From Tubiluchus corallicola (lineage: Eukaryota; Animalia; Priapulida): a stretch of 62,727 nucleotides of DNA. The translations under genes and the position numbers were made by a program. Location of the stretch: assembly GCA_030141605.1 (NCBI GenBank), contig JAQGDQ010001100.1, positions 1-62,727 on the forward strand, given 5' to 3'. Positions 12,001 through 26,047 of this stretch are shown here, piece by piece. The notes beneath the pieces are model-generated. The model was not told where the DNA came from. It saw only the letters and a list, made by a program, of their open reading frames with translations, and did not search any database. Within the stretch, counting starts at the first letter, position 1. Every line of letters begins with the position of its first letter.

Positions 12001-13049
12001 AAATCTTCCGCATCTATTTGTTTTATACTTCTAAACACGTTCAGGAAATTGTATTCGCATGTAAATAGCCGTTATCACCTGTCATATTTCGGGTCCCTAA
12101 TTGTTTTACCTGGCTATAAACACGGGTATGTACACCTGTCTGTGTTATATGAAGGGTTGTAACCGCATAAAACAGCTGCCCCTTCGCCGAGGGGAGTCGT
12201 TAAGCTTTAGTTTTATGGTAGCGGAAAGGGAAGGTTTGTTTCCGTGAACTACAGGACGAAATTACCATCCAGTTTTCAGTCATTCAATGTCCTATAGTCA
12301 CAGTCTAAATAAATAAACTTCCAACCAAAAATAACTGCAATGATAAATAATATACTTACGCAATGGTGGGTATTCGATGCAAAGTATCTTTACATGTTTG
12401 CTCCATCAGAGAACTTGTCTCCAAAAGTGGCTATGCGTCAGTTTACTGTAGCATTACATGTATTACTCATAGCCCTATTAGAGATATATGCTTTAATTAG
12501 TCCTGTGCAAACAATCAATCACAAGAGTCATATTTAATTTTGGAACAACAATCACTTTGGCTGATACTCTGATAACGTAAATAAACACTTTCTGGTTCTT
12601 TCTAACAGCACTACGAATTCTGATGATTTCCCATCTTGAACTTAACAAAAAAGGGAAGTGGTGCTGACAAACCACTGGCACAGCAGTGCCTATATATAAT
12701 AATCTTTATATGCCAATAAAAAGCGATTCATTCATTTTATTCATAAGTCTAAAAGCATGTAAGAACACTGCAGCATGAGAATAAAAATTCACACAACTGT
12801 CAAAGGCAAATGCGTCCAGTCCAAACTAAAAAGTACTGTGCACAGAAATTTAAAACAGAAATTTATATAACAATACTACACGCGAATTATAATATAGACT
12901 ATATATATACAATTTAAAATGGACGTGGGTAAACAAAATTTGCGGATGAATATATATTATCGTTAACGCATGTGGGGTTTTCAAAACGATTTAATGTATG
13001 TATTTTTAATTTTGCTTTTGCTATTTGCTTTAACCGAGCACCGCTATTA

Positions 13050-13428
13050 CTTAGTTTGCACTATGGCATGCATCTTCTCTTGCGCGTCAAGCGCGTTTGC
13101 GTGATTGTTACTGCTTAAACGCTTGATGTCACCAAAATGAGCTCTACGTCATATGACGTCAGAAATTAACAGTGCACTTCATGATCATGGTTACCACGGC
13201 ACCACCGCCTTCTATTTCTCGGCCACGCGAATGTGACAAAAAGGCGCCGTTGCAAATCTTAGTAAGTTCACTGAGCCGCGCGCAGCATTGAAAGTTCAAC
13301 AGAATTTGAGTAATTGAGGTAATTATTATTTATTCTAAGCTTTGATTTTAAAAAAGCTATTGTAGTTTTCAATATTTTAGAGCATTCTTTATTCTGAACT
13401 AAAGTTTACACAATCATCCGGTTTTGCT
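13050..13428 (+). mobile_element. TTAA-MITE family C, 5'-truncated copy
   Basis: Colinear with 50160-50529; ends CATCCGGTTTTGCT|TTAA. Confidence 0.85.
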
Positions 13429-13874
13429 TTAACAGTCATATATTTACACCTCGCAAAATGCGGAATTGAGCTTTGATGGCAGGGCATTCAGTGCAAAGAA
13501 GCTAGACTGAAAGGATAGAAAAATACGAATTGAGGATTTTGAAAACGAGTTAATTAATCCATGTTTCGTAGAGAAAGGTTTGAAATGATTGAATGTGATC
13601 GTGAACTTATTCTCTGTTGCTGCTGTTGAAAACTCGACGGGGCGTCACTTTCACGGGGAATTCTTTCATCTTCTTCAACTATTTGTTTTGGGTAATTCAA
13701 GCGAGATGAAACTGATGCTGCAATCAGCAACTCAATTAGTTTTCAGCTTCCTCGCCTACCTGTGTTGCATCCCGCGGGAAGTCTTGAAGAGCTGATTAGC
13801 AGAACTCTACATTTTGTCAACCGGGGGTGGGTTGATGGAAGCGCAAGGGATGATGGGACGACATGCATTTTTAA

Positions 13875-14235
13875 AGCACGCGAAAACCCTCCACTTATAA
13901 AAAGCTTAAAAATTCGTCTTGAAATTTTATACCACTTACATATTTCCTTTTTCCATGCAGGGTTTGCGTCGGCAGTAACGCTGTATAAAACTTGTAAATT
14001 TAAACTCTCGCGATGACCGTTAGGCGTAAAAATACGTTTCTTGGGTGAGTCAATGGTGCAAACTGGGAAGGTGAGTCAGTGACATTTTACCTGTTGGCGC
14101 GAACATTTGAAATTACCAAGAATTTACTTTTCTAGTTACATAAGTATTCAAGTAGGAAAGCGTATAAGCTAAAGAAAATAACTTTGTGTCGAAAGTTTTT
14201 TGGGACATAGTTTAAAATTGCCTTTTCTTTCCCTA
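13875..14235 (-). mobile_element. TTAA-MITE family B, internally deleted copy
   Basis: TTAA|AGCACGCGAAAACC terminus; reverse complement of family B 3' part (AAAGCTTAAAAATTCGTCTTGAAATTTTATACC). Confidence 0.8.
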
Positions 14236-14477
14236 TAAATTCTTTGGCATATATCTATTTTACTTGACAAGTCACAGCAACGAACCACCAACCTATAAAA
14301 TAAATTTCACCTCCAGAATTCCGACACAGCCGTCTCTCACACAAAAGGTGTTTAATGCCTCGCGCTGCTTATTAACATAACGTATTGTTTAGACTTTACT
14401 TACTGCAAATTCAAAAGGTTTGCCCTCTTGCCTAACAGTAGGGATCAGCCAGTGACTTAAAGCCCTAAGCCCCCAAC

Positions 14478-14504
14478 TTCTGCCGTTATTTGTTTCAGGT
14501 AAGT
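14478..14504 (+). other. Juxtaposed acceptor/donor motif YnCAG|GTAAGT
   Basis: TTATTTGTTTCAG|GTAAGT. Confidence 0.35.
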
Positions 14505-15335
14505 CAACCAGGTATAATGTCCACATCCTCTTATATCCTCTTTCCACCTGAGCTCAATAAAGCCTTAATATATCCTCAGTTCCATATCCATCCGTTTCGT
14601 AAACAATAACACGCCGGGCGGGAGAGCAACCATTATTTTCAGGGGTCGGTTGTTGGAAATTGTTTGCACTTTACTGTTTAAATTCTTAGGCAAAAGACGC
14701 ACGGAGGTTCGAACAACAAAAAAGTTATATTTTTTAATTTTGTCTTAAGCAAAGTGTGTTCCATTCTGTCCCATTTCAGGATATTTCCAGTATCTTGTTG
14801 CAGCAACTTACCTTGGTGTTCCAAATAAGGCAAATCTAAATTAACCTGGCTCCACGCAAACGGCATCTGCTTAACGTGGCGCGGTACGTGTGCCCGTTAC
14901 TAATTAGTAAACGTTAATTGGCACTGGGATTAATTAATGCTTTGTTATTAGAGTATTTGTTTACAGTGGTTCAAGAAAGACTACAGGAAATATTGAAATT
15001 AAAGGAAACTAACTCGTTTTCTAATCCCCAAACGATTCCTTAGTAAAGTAAATGATCATCACATTTATAATCACTGGCAAACATGTATGATTTTGAGGTT
15101 ATAGTGGAAAATTTGACTACACTTCTAAAAATACCAAAAATAATCTGACCTTGGTTTGAGTAGTAGGAAGATGACGCTGACGATATTGTCATATTACATA
15201 GTTTGACCTAGAACTGACCTTGATCTGACTAACGAGATACTGACCTTGACCTGATTTGCTTATTGTTGACATGTACCTTTTCTCTTTACTTGAACGCCAT
15301 AACGTTGTCATTGATTTATATGAGTGTAACAGAAA

Positions 15336-15336
<1 letters not shown>

Positions 15337-15398
<62 letters not shown>

Positions 15399-15418
15399 GT
15401 TGTTATTGTTGTTGTTAT
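15337..15418. repeat. (TTA)n/(TTG)n microsatellite
   Basis: Trinucleotide run. Confidence 0.97.
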
Positions 15419-15892
15419 CTTTAAAAAATAAAGACTTTTGGGATTTTTAGGCATTTAACATCTTATTTTACGATTATACCTCAGAAGAGCACTATCTTAT
15501 TTTGGCAAGAAGTATATCTGCCTTCCAGTCACGTGGTACAGCGTCTGGATTCTGACATAGATTCAGGCCCTATTAGTAACATATGTTCGGTTTTTGTAAT
15601 ACACTGTCTTAATCAGTGTTTTGAGATCTAAAGGTTGATTAGGCCTACTCAATTCAAGTAGTTAAGCCCTAGGGCTTGGGCATTGAATACTTTATCCTAG
15701 ATCACAAATGTTATTCTCCTGAACTCGATCAAGTAGACTTACATTTTTAGGTTACGTGTCTCTTTAAGATGGCAGTCACTTCAAATTTGCTCACTGTGAT
15801 AGTACATTAGACTGCTAATGTTGGTTTTGATAAATGTTGGTTTAGCGTGTCAAGTAGCACAATATGCTTTTTCATAAAATCACTAGTTTCAA

Positions 15893-15963
<71 letters not shown>

Positions 15964-16003
15964 CATCATCATTATCATTATCATCATCATCATCATCATC
16001 ACC

Positions 16004-16035
<32 letters not shown>

Positions 16036-16040
16036 TATTA
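15893..16040. repeat. (TTA)n-(TCA)n-(CCA)n compound microsatellite
   Basis: Trinucleotide runs. Confidence 0.97.
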
Positions 16041-16545
16041 CTGGTTTATTTCTCATAAAGATATTCAGCTTACAAAAACAACATGTTTTAGTAAAATATG
16101 TGATTAGATGGGATGTTAGTAAAATGAAATATCTTCAGTAATTTAGCATGGCTTGGCTTATTCTCAACGTGCCACACTTCGCAATTTTTCTCACGAAATT
16201 TTCTCACTAATATTCTTTATGTTTTGAGGAATAACTTGAAATCCTTTCTGGTAGGATCCTGTCGACCGTTTCTTCATTGAAATAATAGTAACGACGAGTC
16301 TTTTTGCAAAGTGGTGTCAAAATAAACTACCATTTTGTCGTAGCTCCAGTTGCTCTTTCTCCCATTGACCAAAGTGCCTGTCATTTAATTAACTCATTAA
16401 TGAACTGTCCGTTGACGATTTTGGCCTCATAAACACCCAACCCCCACTGGACACCTGCTTTACCCATTGTAGCAGTGTTGACTGTAAAACGTTTTGGGAC
16501 AGGGCTGTGTGACAATGGTTGCTTTCTGAGCACTTGAGCGCTTAG

Positions 16546-17090
16546 CAGTGGCGGCTCGTGTATAGGTACTGTGGAACTGCAGCGCCCCCTATTTTCACTC
16601 AATATTATTGATAATATTAAAAATAATAAGTCTTTTTTTCTTTAGTTCTTTCTTTATACATGCCCGGAACCAGAGCATGTGACGGTAGTACTGTTTACTT
16701 CACAGCCAAACACAGTGGTGTATTTGGCAGTTGTGCACATGCGGTCATGCGCACATGTCTGAGATAACATGTTGTATGCTGCACTGCTAACGTTTGCTGT
16801 TAGGTAGAGAAAGTACTGTCGCTCACACAGTTTGTTGTCAGTTGTCACGTGCTTAAAAACCGTGTACATTCTTGGGGCAATTTAGGCTGTTCGTAAGCAA
16901 AATATTATTTTGTTTAGCATTTTGTCAAGTTTATGTATATTTTTTTTTAATGTTTATTTGTTTAAAATTACAACTAAAAATTACAACATTAAAATCACAT
17001 ATGTTTGTTTCGTTTTACACAGTATTAAAGCAATAGTTAAAAGTTTTCTGAAGCAGCACACCCACTAATTTTAGCTACGAGCCACCACTG
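16546..17090. mobile_element. hAT-type MITE, 545 bp, with 8-bp TSD
   Basis: TIRs CAGTGGCGGCTCGT / ACGAGCCACCACTG; exact TSD GCGCTTAG at 16538-16545 and 17091-17098. Confidence 0.92.
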
Positions 17091-17361
17091 GCGCTTAGTG
17101 ACCACTGGGTGACTGGGGGGTAGGTGTGTCTCTGACAACAGCAGCTGCTGCTGTTGCGTCTTTTACCCCAGCGACGTAATTATTCTGTGATTAATTTGAT
17201 CGCTTTAAAGCAGCAATTAGTCGGAAGCTTGAATTGCGTATGATGTTACGCGTGAATGAGCCTTTTTAATCACACAAAGTGGTGCGCGTTTTGTAAACCA
17301 TTGGCCAGAGAAGTTGCCATTTTTAAATTTTGATAATTTTAGAATATCTACCTCAAGAAAA

Positions 17362-17420
17362 TTAAGTTTAGTTTAAACTTTGTTTATTTATAGTGCATTC
17401 ACAAAACAGACTGGGTCTGA
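17362..17420 (-). mobile_element. Non-LTR retroelement 3' tail fragment with (TAAAC)n end
   Basis: Reverse complement matches 45541-45598 (AGACYCAGTCTRTTTTGTRAAT...AATAAA.AAAGTTTAAACTAAAC). Confidence 0.6.
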
Positions 17421-17959
17421 TACAGGTATTTCTACGATGCAAACTGGGTAATAAAGCAAGATGGGTAACCAGTTTTCAATTTTATTGATTCAATATATAT
17501 CATAATCACATTAGTTTCGAAATACAATATATAATCAGTAAAGTAAAAAAATAATTATGTGAAAATGATCACTGCTATTAAAAACGATAATGAAGAAAGA
17601 CCTAAGAAACAGTGGCTTATGGCAGGCCACCCCTAAGTGTTTTCATCGTAACTTTATGAAACAGTATATTTTAGTTGTTAGTCGTTAGTGATTTTGTATA
17701 CTGCTATTCTAAGATTAAAAGCTACTGCTTGCTCCAAGGAAACATTACATTGTTGTGACGAAAGTTCTTATTTTCGAGTTATCTACCTATAAATAGAGAT
17801 TTAAAATAGACTTTTTATATTTTGATTTAAAGATTGATGCAGATTTCGATAGTCTAACTTCCCAAGGAATATTATTCCATATACTTTGAAACTGACATAT
17901 TCTTTGTCGTGTGGAAACGAATAATTGTACTAGAGGCAGTTATCAAAATCCCTCTGGCC

Positions 17960-18035
17960 ATTAGGGGCACGTGTCCTGGCGGCAATTGGGCAATTTGAAC
18001 CCGGGGTCTCCTGCAGCGAAAATGAGAACGTTAGT
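17960..18035 (-). mobile_element. Possible tRNA-derived SINE head remnant
   Basis: Minus strand GGAGACCCCGGGTTCAAATTGCCCCAATTG is B-box-like and resembles 44054-44084 GGAGACACGGTTCGAATTTGCCAATTG. Confidence 0.35.
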
Positions 18036-18462
18036 ATTTCGCATCCTGCAATAAGGCAGAGGACAATGTGAAGTTGGAACAATGATCATAGTCAGAGATC
18101 AATGGTTAGAACTAACAGAGGAAGTAGCTATAAATGGTTCTTATGACGTTGTCGTCACGCTTGAATGAAAAACGTAAAGATCGTACAGAGATGTATCTTC
18201 TGTAGAATTACTTGCTGTATGTAGCGTGCACTTAAAAACAGTTTACATGTATCGTAATGGTTTAAGCTTGTGCTGTATAAGATTTAGCGGTATTACGTTC
18301 ATTTAAAAAAATTGAAATTCACTTTCCGTGTGAAGACATGTCGTCAAATAGCTGCAAAATGATTGTAACCTTTTATTAGAGTTCATACTAGTTTTGCGAC
18401 CACTTGGTTAAGTTACTGAGTCGGTAAGACTTTTCCTTCTACAGGTTTATTCCGACATGGTT

Positions 18463-18801
18463 TCTATGTCTATGTGTTTGGGCGTGTCAATATGAGTCTG
18501 TGTTTATGTCTGTGGCTATGCCTGTGTCTATGTATATGCCTGTGTCTATGCCTGTGTCTATATGTATGTCTCAATCTATGTCTATATGTATGTCTATGTC
18601 TGTGTCTTTATGTTTATCTATGTCTGTGTCTGTGTCTATGCCTGTGTCTTTGTCTATGTGTATGTTCATGTTTATGTCTGAGTCTGTGTTTATGTCTGTG
18701 TCTGTGTTTATGTCTATATGTAGGTCTATGTCTGTGCCTGTGCCTGTGTTTATGTCTATGTCTGTGTCTATGTGTATGTGTATGTGTCGGTCCATGTCTA
18801 T
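18463..18801. repeat. Degenerate hexamer repeat (TGTCTA/TGTCTG)n
   Basis: 6-bp periodicity. Confidence 0.93.
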
Positions 18802-19154
18802 AGGTATTTATTTTTCATCTAGTAGCTTTGCTTTGTCAGATTTTCTAATCTTGAAGAACAAAGTTTCAGTAATTTTGCGATTAGGTTTTCAAACTTTTTA
18901 TTTAGTTTTACAAAAAACGCTAAGACATAGAATTTTCCAGTGGTAATCTGCCGTTCCACTAGTTCCTGAGCAATTTAACAAGTAACAATCATTTTTCTGA
19001 ATTACTGGTGCCTGCTGGGATTATGATGTGGTGACGTCAAGGTAGTAACTTTTGCCCAAAATTATTTAAACCATTAGGAATTTTCTTTTTTGTTCATCTG
19101 AGTTTTTCAAATAAACAAGAGTGCTGATGGGTTATATAATATTTTAGGAAATTT

Positions 19155-19155
19155 T

Positions 19156-19245
<90 letters not shown>
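19155..19245. repeat. (GA)n microsatellite
   Basis: Dinucleotide run. Confidence 0.98.
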
Positions 19246-19248
<3 letters not shown>

Positions 19249-20050
19249 CGGGAGAAAGAGCTTGGCCTATATAATATTTTAGGGAATTTGCCCGGAAATT
19301 CGCATCCATTGATGAAATCACCCTGAATCCTGTTGTTGATGTCTGCTACACATCCCTATGGACCGTCGACGTGTTTTAGAGGATATTGTTAGTTGTAATT
19401 AAAAGAGACAGTGCAAATCCCGCTTGTAACCCCTGGTAACCTTCCCAGCTTCTTTCTAATCAATGCAAGATGAACGTAATAGCATTTTCTCTCGTATATA
19501 AATCACTGGAAACTGGGATGCAGATAAGAGACAGAGCAGAATTATCTTGTTGCATCGCGTGTGCCATTTAGAATTACCATTTCTACTTATTCATATTATT
19601 GGAAAGGAATTTTAGAATGTAGAGTTTCAAGATTTTTTTATGAATCAACACAAGTTGAGGTTAATCGTTAAACTGGATGTGCCGTTAATTGAATGGATAT
19701 GTCCTGAAACTAATCATTTGGTATATGCGTGCACGTTAACTCATTACTATAAACAAATTACACGGGAAAATACCTTTACCATGCACACGGTCTTAGCGTG
19801 AAAGTTGCCAGTCCTAAACGGGTCTTTGTAGAGCAGCCCACGTTTTTCGATTTTTATGATTGCCGCAGAGTCTATTGACATCGTATTTGCTAAATATGTG
19901 AACATGCCCTTAGCTTGAAGAAGCCATGCTTAATTATAAGTCTATTTCCCAGTTCATAATTCCAAGGCAAGCTTAGTAGGCTGGAGGGTCTATATGCCCT
20001 TTCACTAAAGGCGATGAGTAATCATTTAAACCGGAATGAACAAACTGATT

Positions 20051-20617
20051 GTCTGAAATTTGTTATCATGAGTTTCGTGAGACTCCCCGCTAGGCGGCTG
20101 TTGAAAAGGTCATGGAAAGTCAACAGGTAACCGTTTCAATATTACAGCCATGCAGTGTAATAGAGTCTGAAATTTGTTATCATAAGCTTCGTGAGACTCC
20201 CGCTAGGTGGCTGTTGAAAAGGTCATGGAAAGTCAACAGGTAACCGTTTCAATATTACAGCCCTGCAGTGTAATAGTGTCTGAAATTTGTTATCATAAGC
20301 TTCGTGAGACTCCCGCTAGGTGGCTGTTGAAAAGGTCATGGAAACTCAACAGGTAACCGTTTCAATATTACAGCCCTGCAGTGTAATAGTGTCTGAAATT
20401 TGCTATCATAAGCTTCGTGAGACTCGCCGCTAGGCGGCTGTTGAAAAGGTCACGGAAAGTCAACAGGTAACCGTTTCAATATTACAGCCATGCTGTGTAA
20501 TAGTGTCTGAAATTTGTTATCATAAGCTTCGTGAGACTCCCGCTAGGTGGCTGTTGAAAAGGTCATGGAAAGTCAACAGGTAACCGTTTCAATATTACAG
20601 CCATGCTGTGTAATAGT
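20051..20617. repeat. 113-114 bp tandem repeat, 5 units
   Basis: Units start GTCTGAAATTTG at 20051, 20165, 20278, 20391, 20505. Confidence 0.97.
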
Positions 20618-21001
20618 TCTGCTTAGCGCCTATCCAATAAGGCAATAAATTTCCTCGAGACTCACTAGGACTTCAGTGATATAAATCATGAGCTACTGTA
20701 GTTCAGATGAAGCCAGAGAGGAAGCCCGACACTAATAGGTGTCTGATTGTATACATAACCTGAAAATTTTGTGATTTAAATGGTTAAGTCTTCAGGAATA
20801 GAAGTAGTTCAAGGGAAAGTAGTGTAAAATAATGTATAAAGGCATATAGAAGAAATGACAGTATAGAATAAAAATGACTGTTTGACCCCAGTGCAGAAGA
20901 AAACGAAAAAATAGAGGAAGAGGAAGAGAAAATGGTACAAAAGAAACTCATCGTTCATTCAATAACCTTTCACAGTAGTAAGAATTATTGCATTAAGAAA
21001 A

Positions 21002-22434
<1,433 letters not shown>

Positions 22435-23147
22435 AGGTAGGGGAGACGGGGTATAATTTCACCTATGTAGTTTAGTTGTTAGTAAAACAAGTTGAACTTG
22501 GTGAGGAGTAATTTAAAACCCAAGTTTAGCTTTGCGGGTCTCTCTGGAGTTCACCGATTTACTTTTCCAGTTTGAGTTCCGAAAACAAACTCCCTGTGTG
22601 GCATTTGGGTGGAACCGTGGGTATATTATTGTTTTTCAGTATTTTGAAAACGTTTGAAACTTGGTAGTTGGTATTGCAAATCAATAATGATTTATGGGAA
22701 CCATGCCCAACTAAGTCTTTTTACTGAGGGTCCTGTCTAATTACCATTTGTTCAGGGGTTTCTAACATTGTTCCTGTGGTCCCCTGGGGACCTATTAATC
22801 GGCATCAGAAAATGTCAGATATTTTTAATTTGCAACGGTGGTTGGATGAATTTAATTAAGCTTTTATGGTCATCAATTTTTGAATGGAAGCAAGTGGGAA
22901 TCTTAGCCAATCCGTTGTACTATTATTTCTGATTCTCGTATGTGAGGCAATAGTTTTCAGTAAAATGCAGGATATGGATTATATGGAAAAGGTTATGTTG
23001 ATTTTCTTACGAAGTTCAGATTTAGCTTGTTGAAATGTTTTTTTTTACTTTGTGGGGGCTAATTCCATTTTATTTTTGCCATCAGTAATTGGTTTTCATT
23101 ACATAGCGAGCAACGAGGTTCATCAAAAAAGGAAAGGATAGTATTAA

Positions 23148-24150
23148 AGCAAAAAACAAGTCTCTCGGGAAGTTGAGTTTATTTTAATATTTGGGAAAAA
23201 TGTTAGAATGTTAGCATTAAAACTGTGATAAGCATCTCGTGTAATTAGTAAAATCGATTTAAAGTCGTGATTACTTCACGCTGGGCGTGCTCATTTTAGA
23301 GGAAAAATGGCGTCATCCGGTTCCGTGCAATTTAAACACTTATCCCGGCAGGTGCTTCAGAATGTTTTTTAACTTACAAAGCGAACTCTATAAACTAAGT
23401 GACCAGCCCGGTACCCGCTACTTGCTGGCAAGTTTACATGCGTATCTAAAACTCAACATAAATCTGTAAATTGATTATTTGCACAATTAATGTTAATTAT
23501 TTACACATTTTAAAGTGTAATCCTGCAGATTAAAGCAATGCGACCACTTTAAATTTGATCGTTATTGATCGAATGACTAATTTCTAGATAAACACAGTTA
23601 AACACAACATTAGAATAACGTAACTTTTAAGCAAACTGTAGAAATTTTGCAACGCGTACCTTCTCACAGCTTGCCTTCACAGCATTTACGCTGCCCGGCA
23701 TACACCAGCTTACGTCATTTTTTTAAATATGCCGGCGTCAACGTTTGTTTAGCGGGAGATAAGAAATATTTAAATTTCTTTTACATTTTTGGCAAAGCAT
23801 TCTATGCGCATGTGTTGTATTGTGATTTCAATATTTTTAATTGTACATCAAAATGCAATAAATATTGTTATAGGGTTGGTTTTTCCTTTAATAATCTCTA
23901 GCTTAACGCCTTTCTTTGTTTCTAGTTGACAAGAGTAACTGCACTGGCGCTCAAGCACTTGGCGGGATAAGTAACCAGATGACGTCATTTATCGTTCAAA
24001 GTGAGCGCGCCCAAGCGTGAAGTGATCGCAGCTTTAAACTGATTTTACTGATTATATGAGGCGTTTATGACAATTTTATTGCTGAAACTTTCTAACATTT
24101 TTATCAAGTATTAAAATAAGCTCAACTTCCCGAGAGACTTGCCTTTTGCT
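23148..24150. mobile_element. TTAA-MITE family D, 1003 bp with ~200-bp imperfect TIRs
   Basis: TTAA both sides; AGCAAAAAACAAGTCTCTCGGGAAGTTGAG / CTCAACTTCCCGAGAGACTTGCCTTTTGCT; inverted similarity continues to about 23355 / 23955. Confidence 0.92.
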
Positions 24151-24807
24151 TTAACATTAAATATAACCTAAGTACTGGGATACAGTCATAAGACGGGAAG
24201 CCTCTGTTTCTGCTGGACCCTTTCCTAAAGGTAAATTCTGACCAGTAACAAAGGACATCTATCTGTCGGTGGGGGAAAGCTGGACATTTATGGTGTATCG
24301 CAATCTACATGGGCTAGTGTAATTGGAGACCAAATAGACACTGTCCGCAAAGCAAATTTAACGAGTCAACAGCGGACTGTTTGAACAGGGAGGCTGGGTT
24401 AGAGTCTGGTTAGTCGAATTAACCTAAAATGATAGCGATCTATTGGGAACGAGTTGCCTTTTGCATTAATAAGTCTATTGGTGCTACAGGTTGTCAGGGG
24501 TAGGCTGATGTAAGTTCACGATTGGTAAATCAGAAGCTGTAGAAATTTGTTGCTTTGCTATTGTGGTCGTGTGGCGTTTGCTTTTAACGATGTCGACATT
24601 TCATCATTCACGCCAAAACGTTCGAGTTTAAGTGTTTTTGAAGCAACGCATCAAAGCAGCAGGAACAGGTAAAGATATTTTGCAGATGTACTTATTGTAT
24701 GCTTTTAGAGGATGGTCATTGTTTGCATGGTTGTAAAAATGGTCGTTGGTTTCGTCATTGTCACCGTTAGTGCAGTATCACTGCTGCTACGCTGAATTTT
24801 GTTACCA

Positions 24808-24819
24808 TATCATCATCAC

Positions 24820-24867
<48 letters not shown>

Positions 24868-25030
24868 ATTCATCATCATCATCATCATCATCATCACCAC
24901 CACCACCACCATCATCATCATCATTATCGTCATCATCAACACCATCACGTCCGTCATCATCATCATCATCACCACCACCACCATCATTATCATCATTATC
25001 ACCACCACCACCATCATTATCATCATCATC
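24808..25030. repeat. (CAT)n/(CAC)n microsatellite
   Basis: Trinucleotide run. Confidence 0.97.
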
Positions 25031-25676
25031 GGTAACCTTTATTTGTCACAGTCAGTCAAGAATCACCTACGATATGAACAGTGCGGAATTTATTGCATTC
25101 TGTCTTATAGCTTTCTTGTGTTTAACACATGAATGGTTAGTTTTTTTTTATCCCTCGCGTGTGTCTTCTTTTCTAGTCATTCAGTAATGAATTATACATG
25201 CACACGTGTTGCTCCTCTAATGTTTTACTAATCAGCTTTCAAAGGCAGCTGCACTTATAACTGTACTGTCAGTATAACAATTAGAATCCACTCTTATAAA
25301 TAACCAGTTATGATATCAGTCACCCATAAGCACATGGCACACGGAAGTTGTCCACATGCACATGTAAAACAGTCAAATTTTTCTGTCATCTACGTTCTGG
25401 TAATTCCTTTCAAATACTGCAGCTCTTTAAACTGTACGATTTGTATATTTTTTCATTTACACAATAATTAAGCACTAAAAAGAGTAAATTGTTGAACCAA
25501 ATATGCTTTGATTTAAATAAAATAAGCGCAGAATTATTACTATTATTATAAATCTTTTATTTAGAAATTAATGAAGCCGTCTATTTGCAGGGCAAAAGTT
25601 ACGTAATATTACAAATATTAAAGATTATTATGACTAATTAACACTTAATATTGTAGTTACAATCGCAGAAAGTATG

Positions 25677-25885
25677 TACCGGTTGCTCCAAAAGAAACTT
25701 TACGCTAACGAATGCTATAAGCGTCAGACGAAATCCAATAAGCATTATCATATATAGCTCAAACAGTTCATTACTATAATCTGTCACTATAACAACGCTG
25801 ACCTATCTTTCTTTTTCTGTGTTGACCAACATATTTCATTATTTCAGTATCTTTATACTGCACCCGTTTTTTGGGACACCCTGTA
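25677..25885. mobile_element. Possible decayed Tc1/mariner-type MITE
   Basis: Right end TTTTGGGACACCCTG|TA; degenerate left end TA|CCGGTTGCTCCAAAA. Confidence 0.4.
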
Positions 25886-26024
25886 TAAGAATTCAACAGG
25901 TGACTATAATAATGAACTGCATTGTAGTTGCTAAGAAACGTGTGAAAACAAAAACATTAACAGTTGTCTGTTAACAGTAAAATTCTGGTAAACTTTTGGT
26001 AGACTTCAAATTTCGATATTACCT

Positions 26025-26047
26025 ATATGAATTTTCTCCAGGTAAGT
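26025..26047 (+). other. Juxtaposed acceptor/donor motif YnCAG|GTAAGT
   Basis: ATTTTCTCCAG|GTAAGT. Confidence 0.35.

Noticed and set aside
14917-14940. TTGGCACTGGGA, similar to the miR-96/263 family 5' end
   Set aside because: Match is short and no precursor hairpin is evident
22440-24620. Possible old LINE on the minus strand interrupted by the family D element (peptide FKILKNNNIPTVPP)
   Set aside because: No diagnostic endonuclease or RT motif could be read; needs BLASTx
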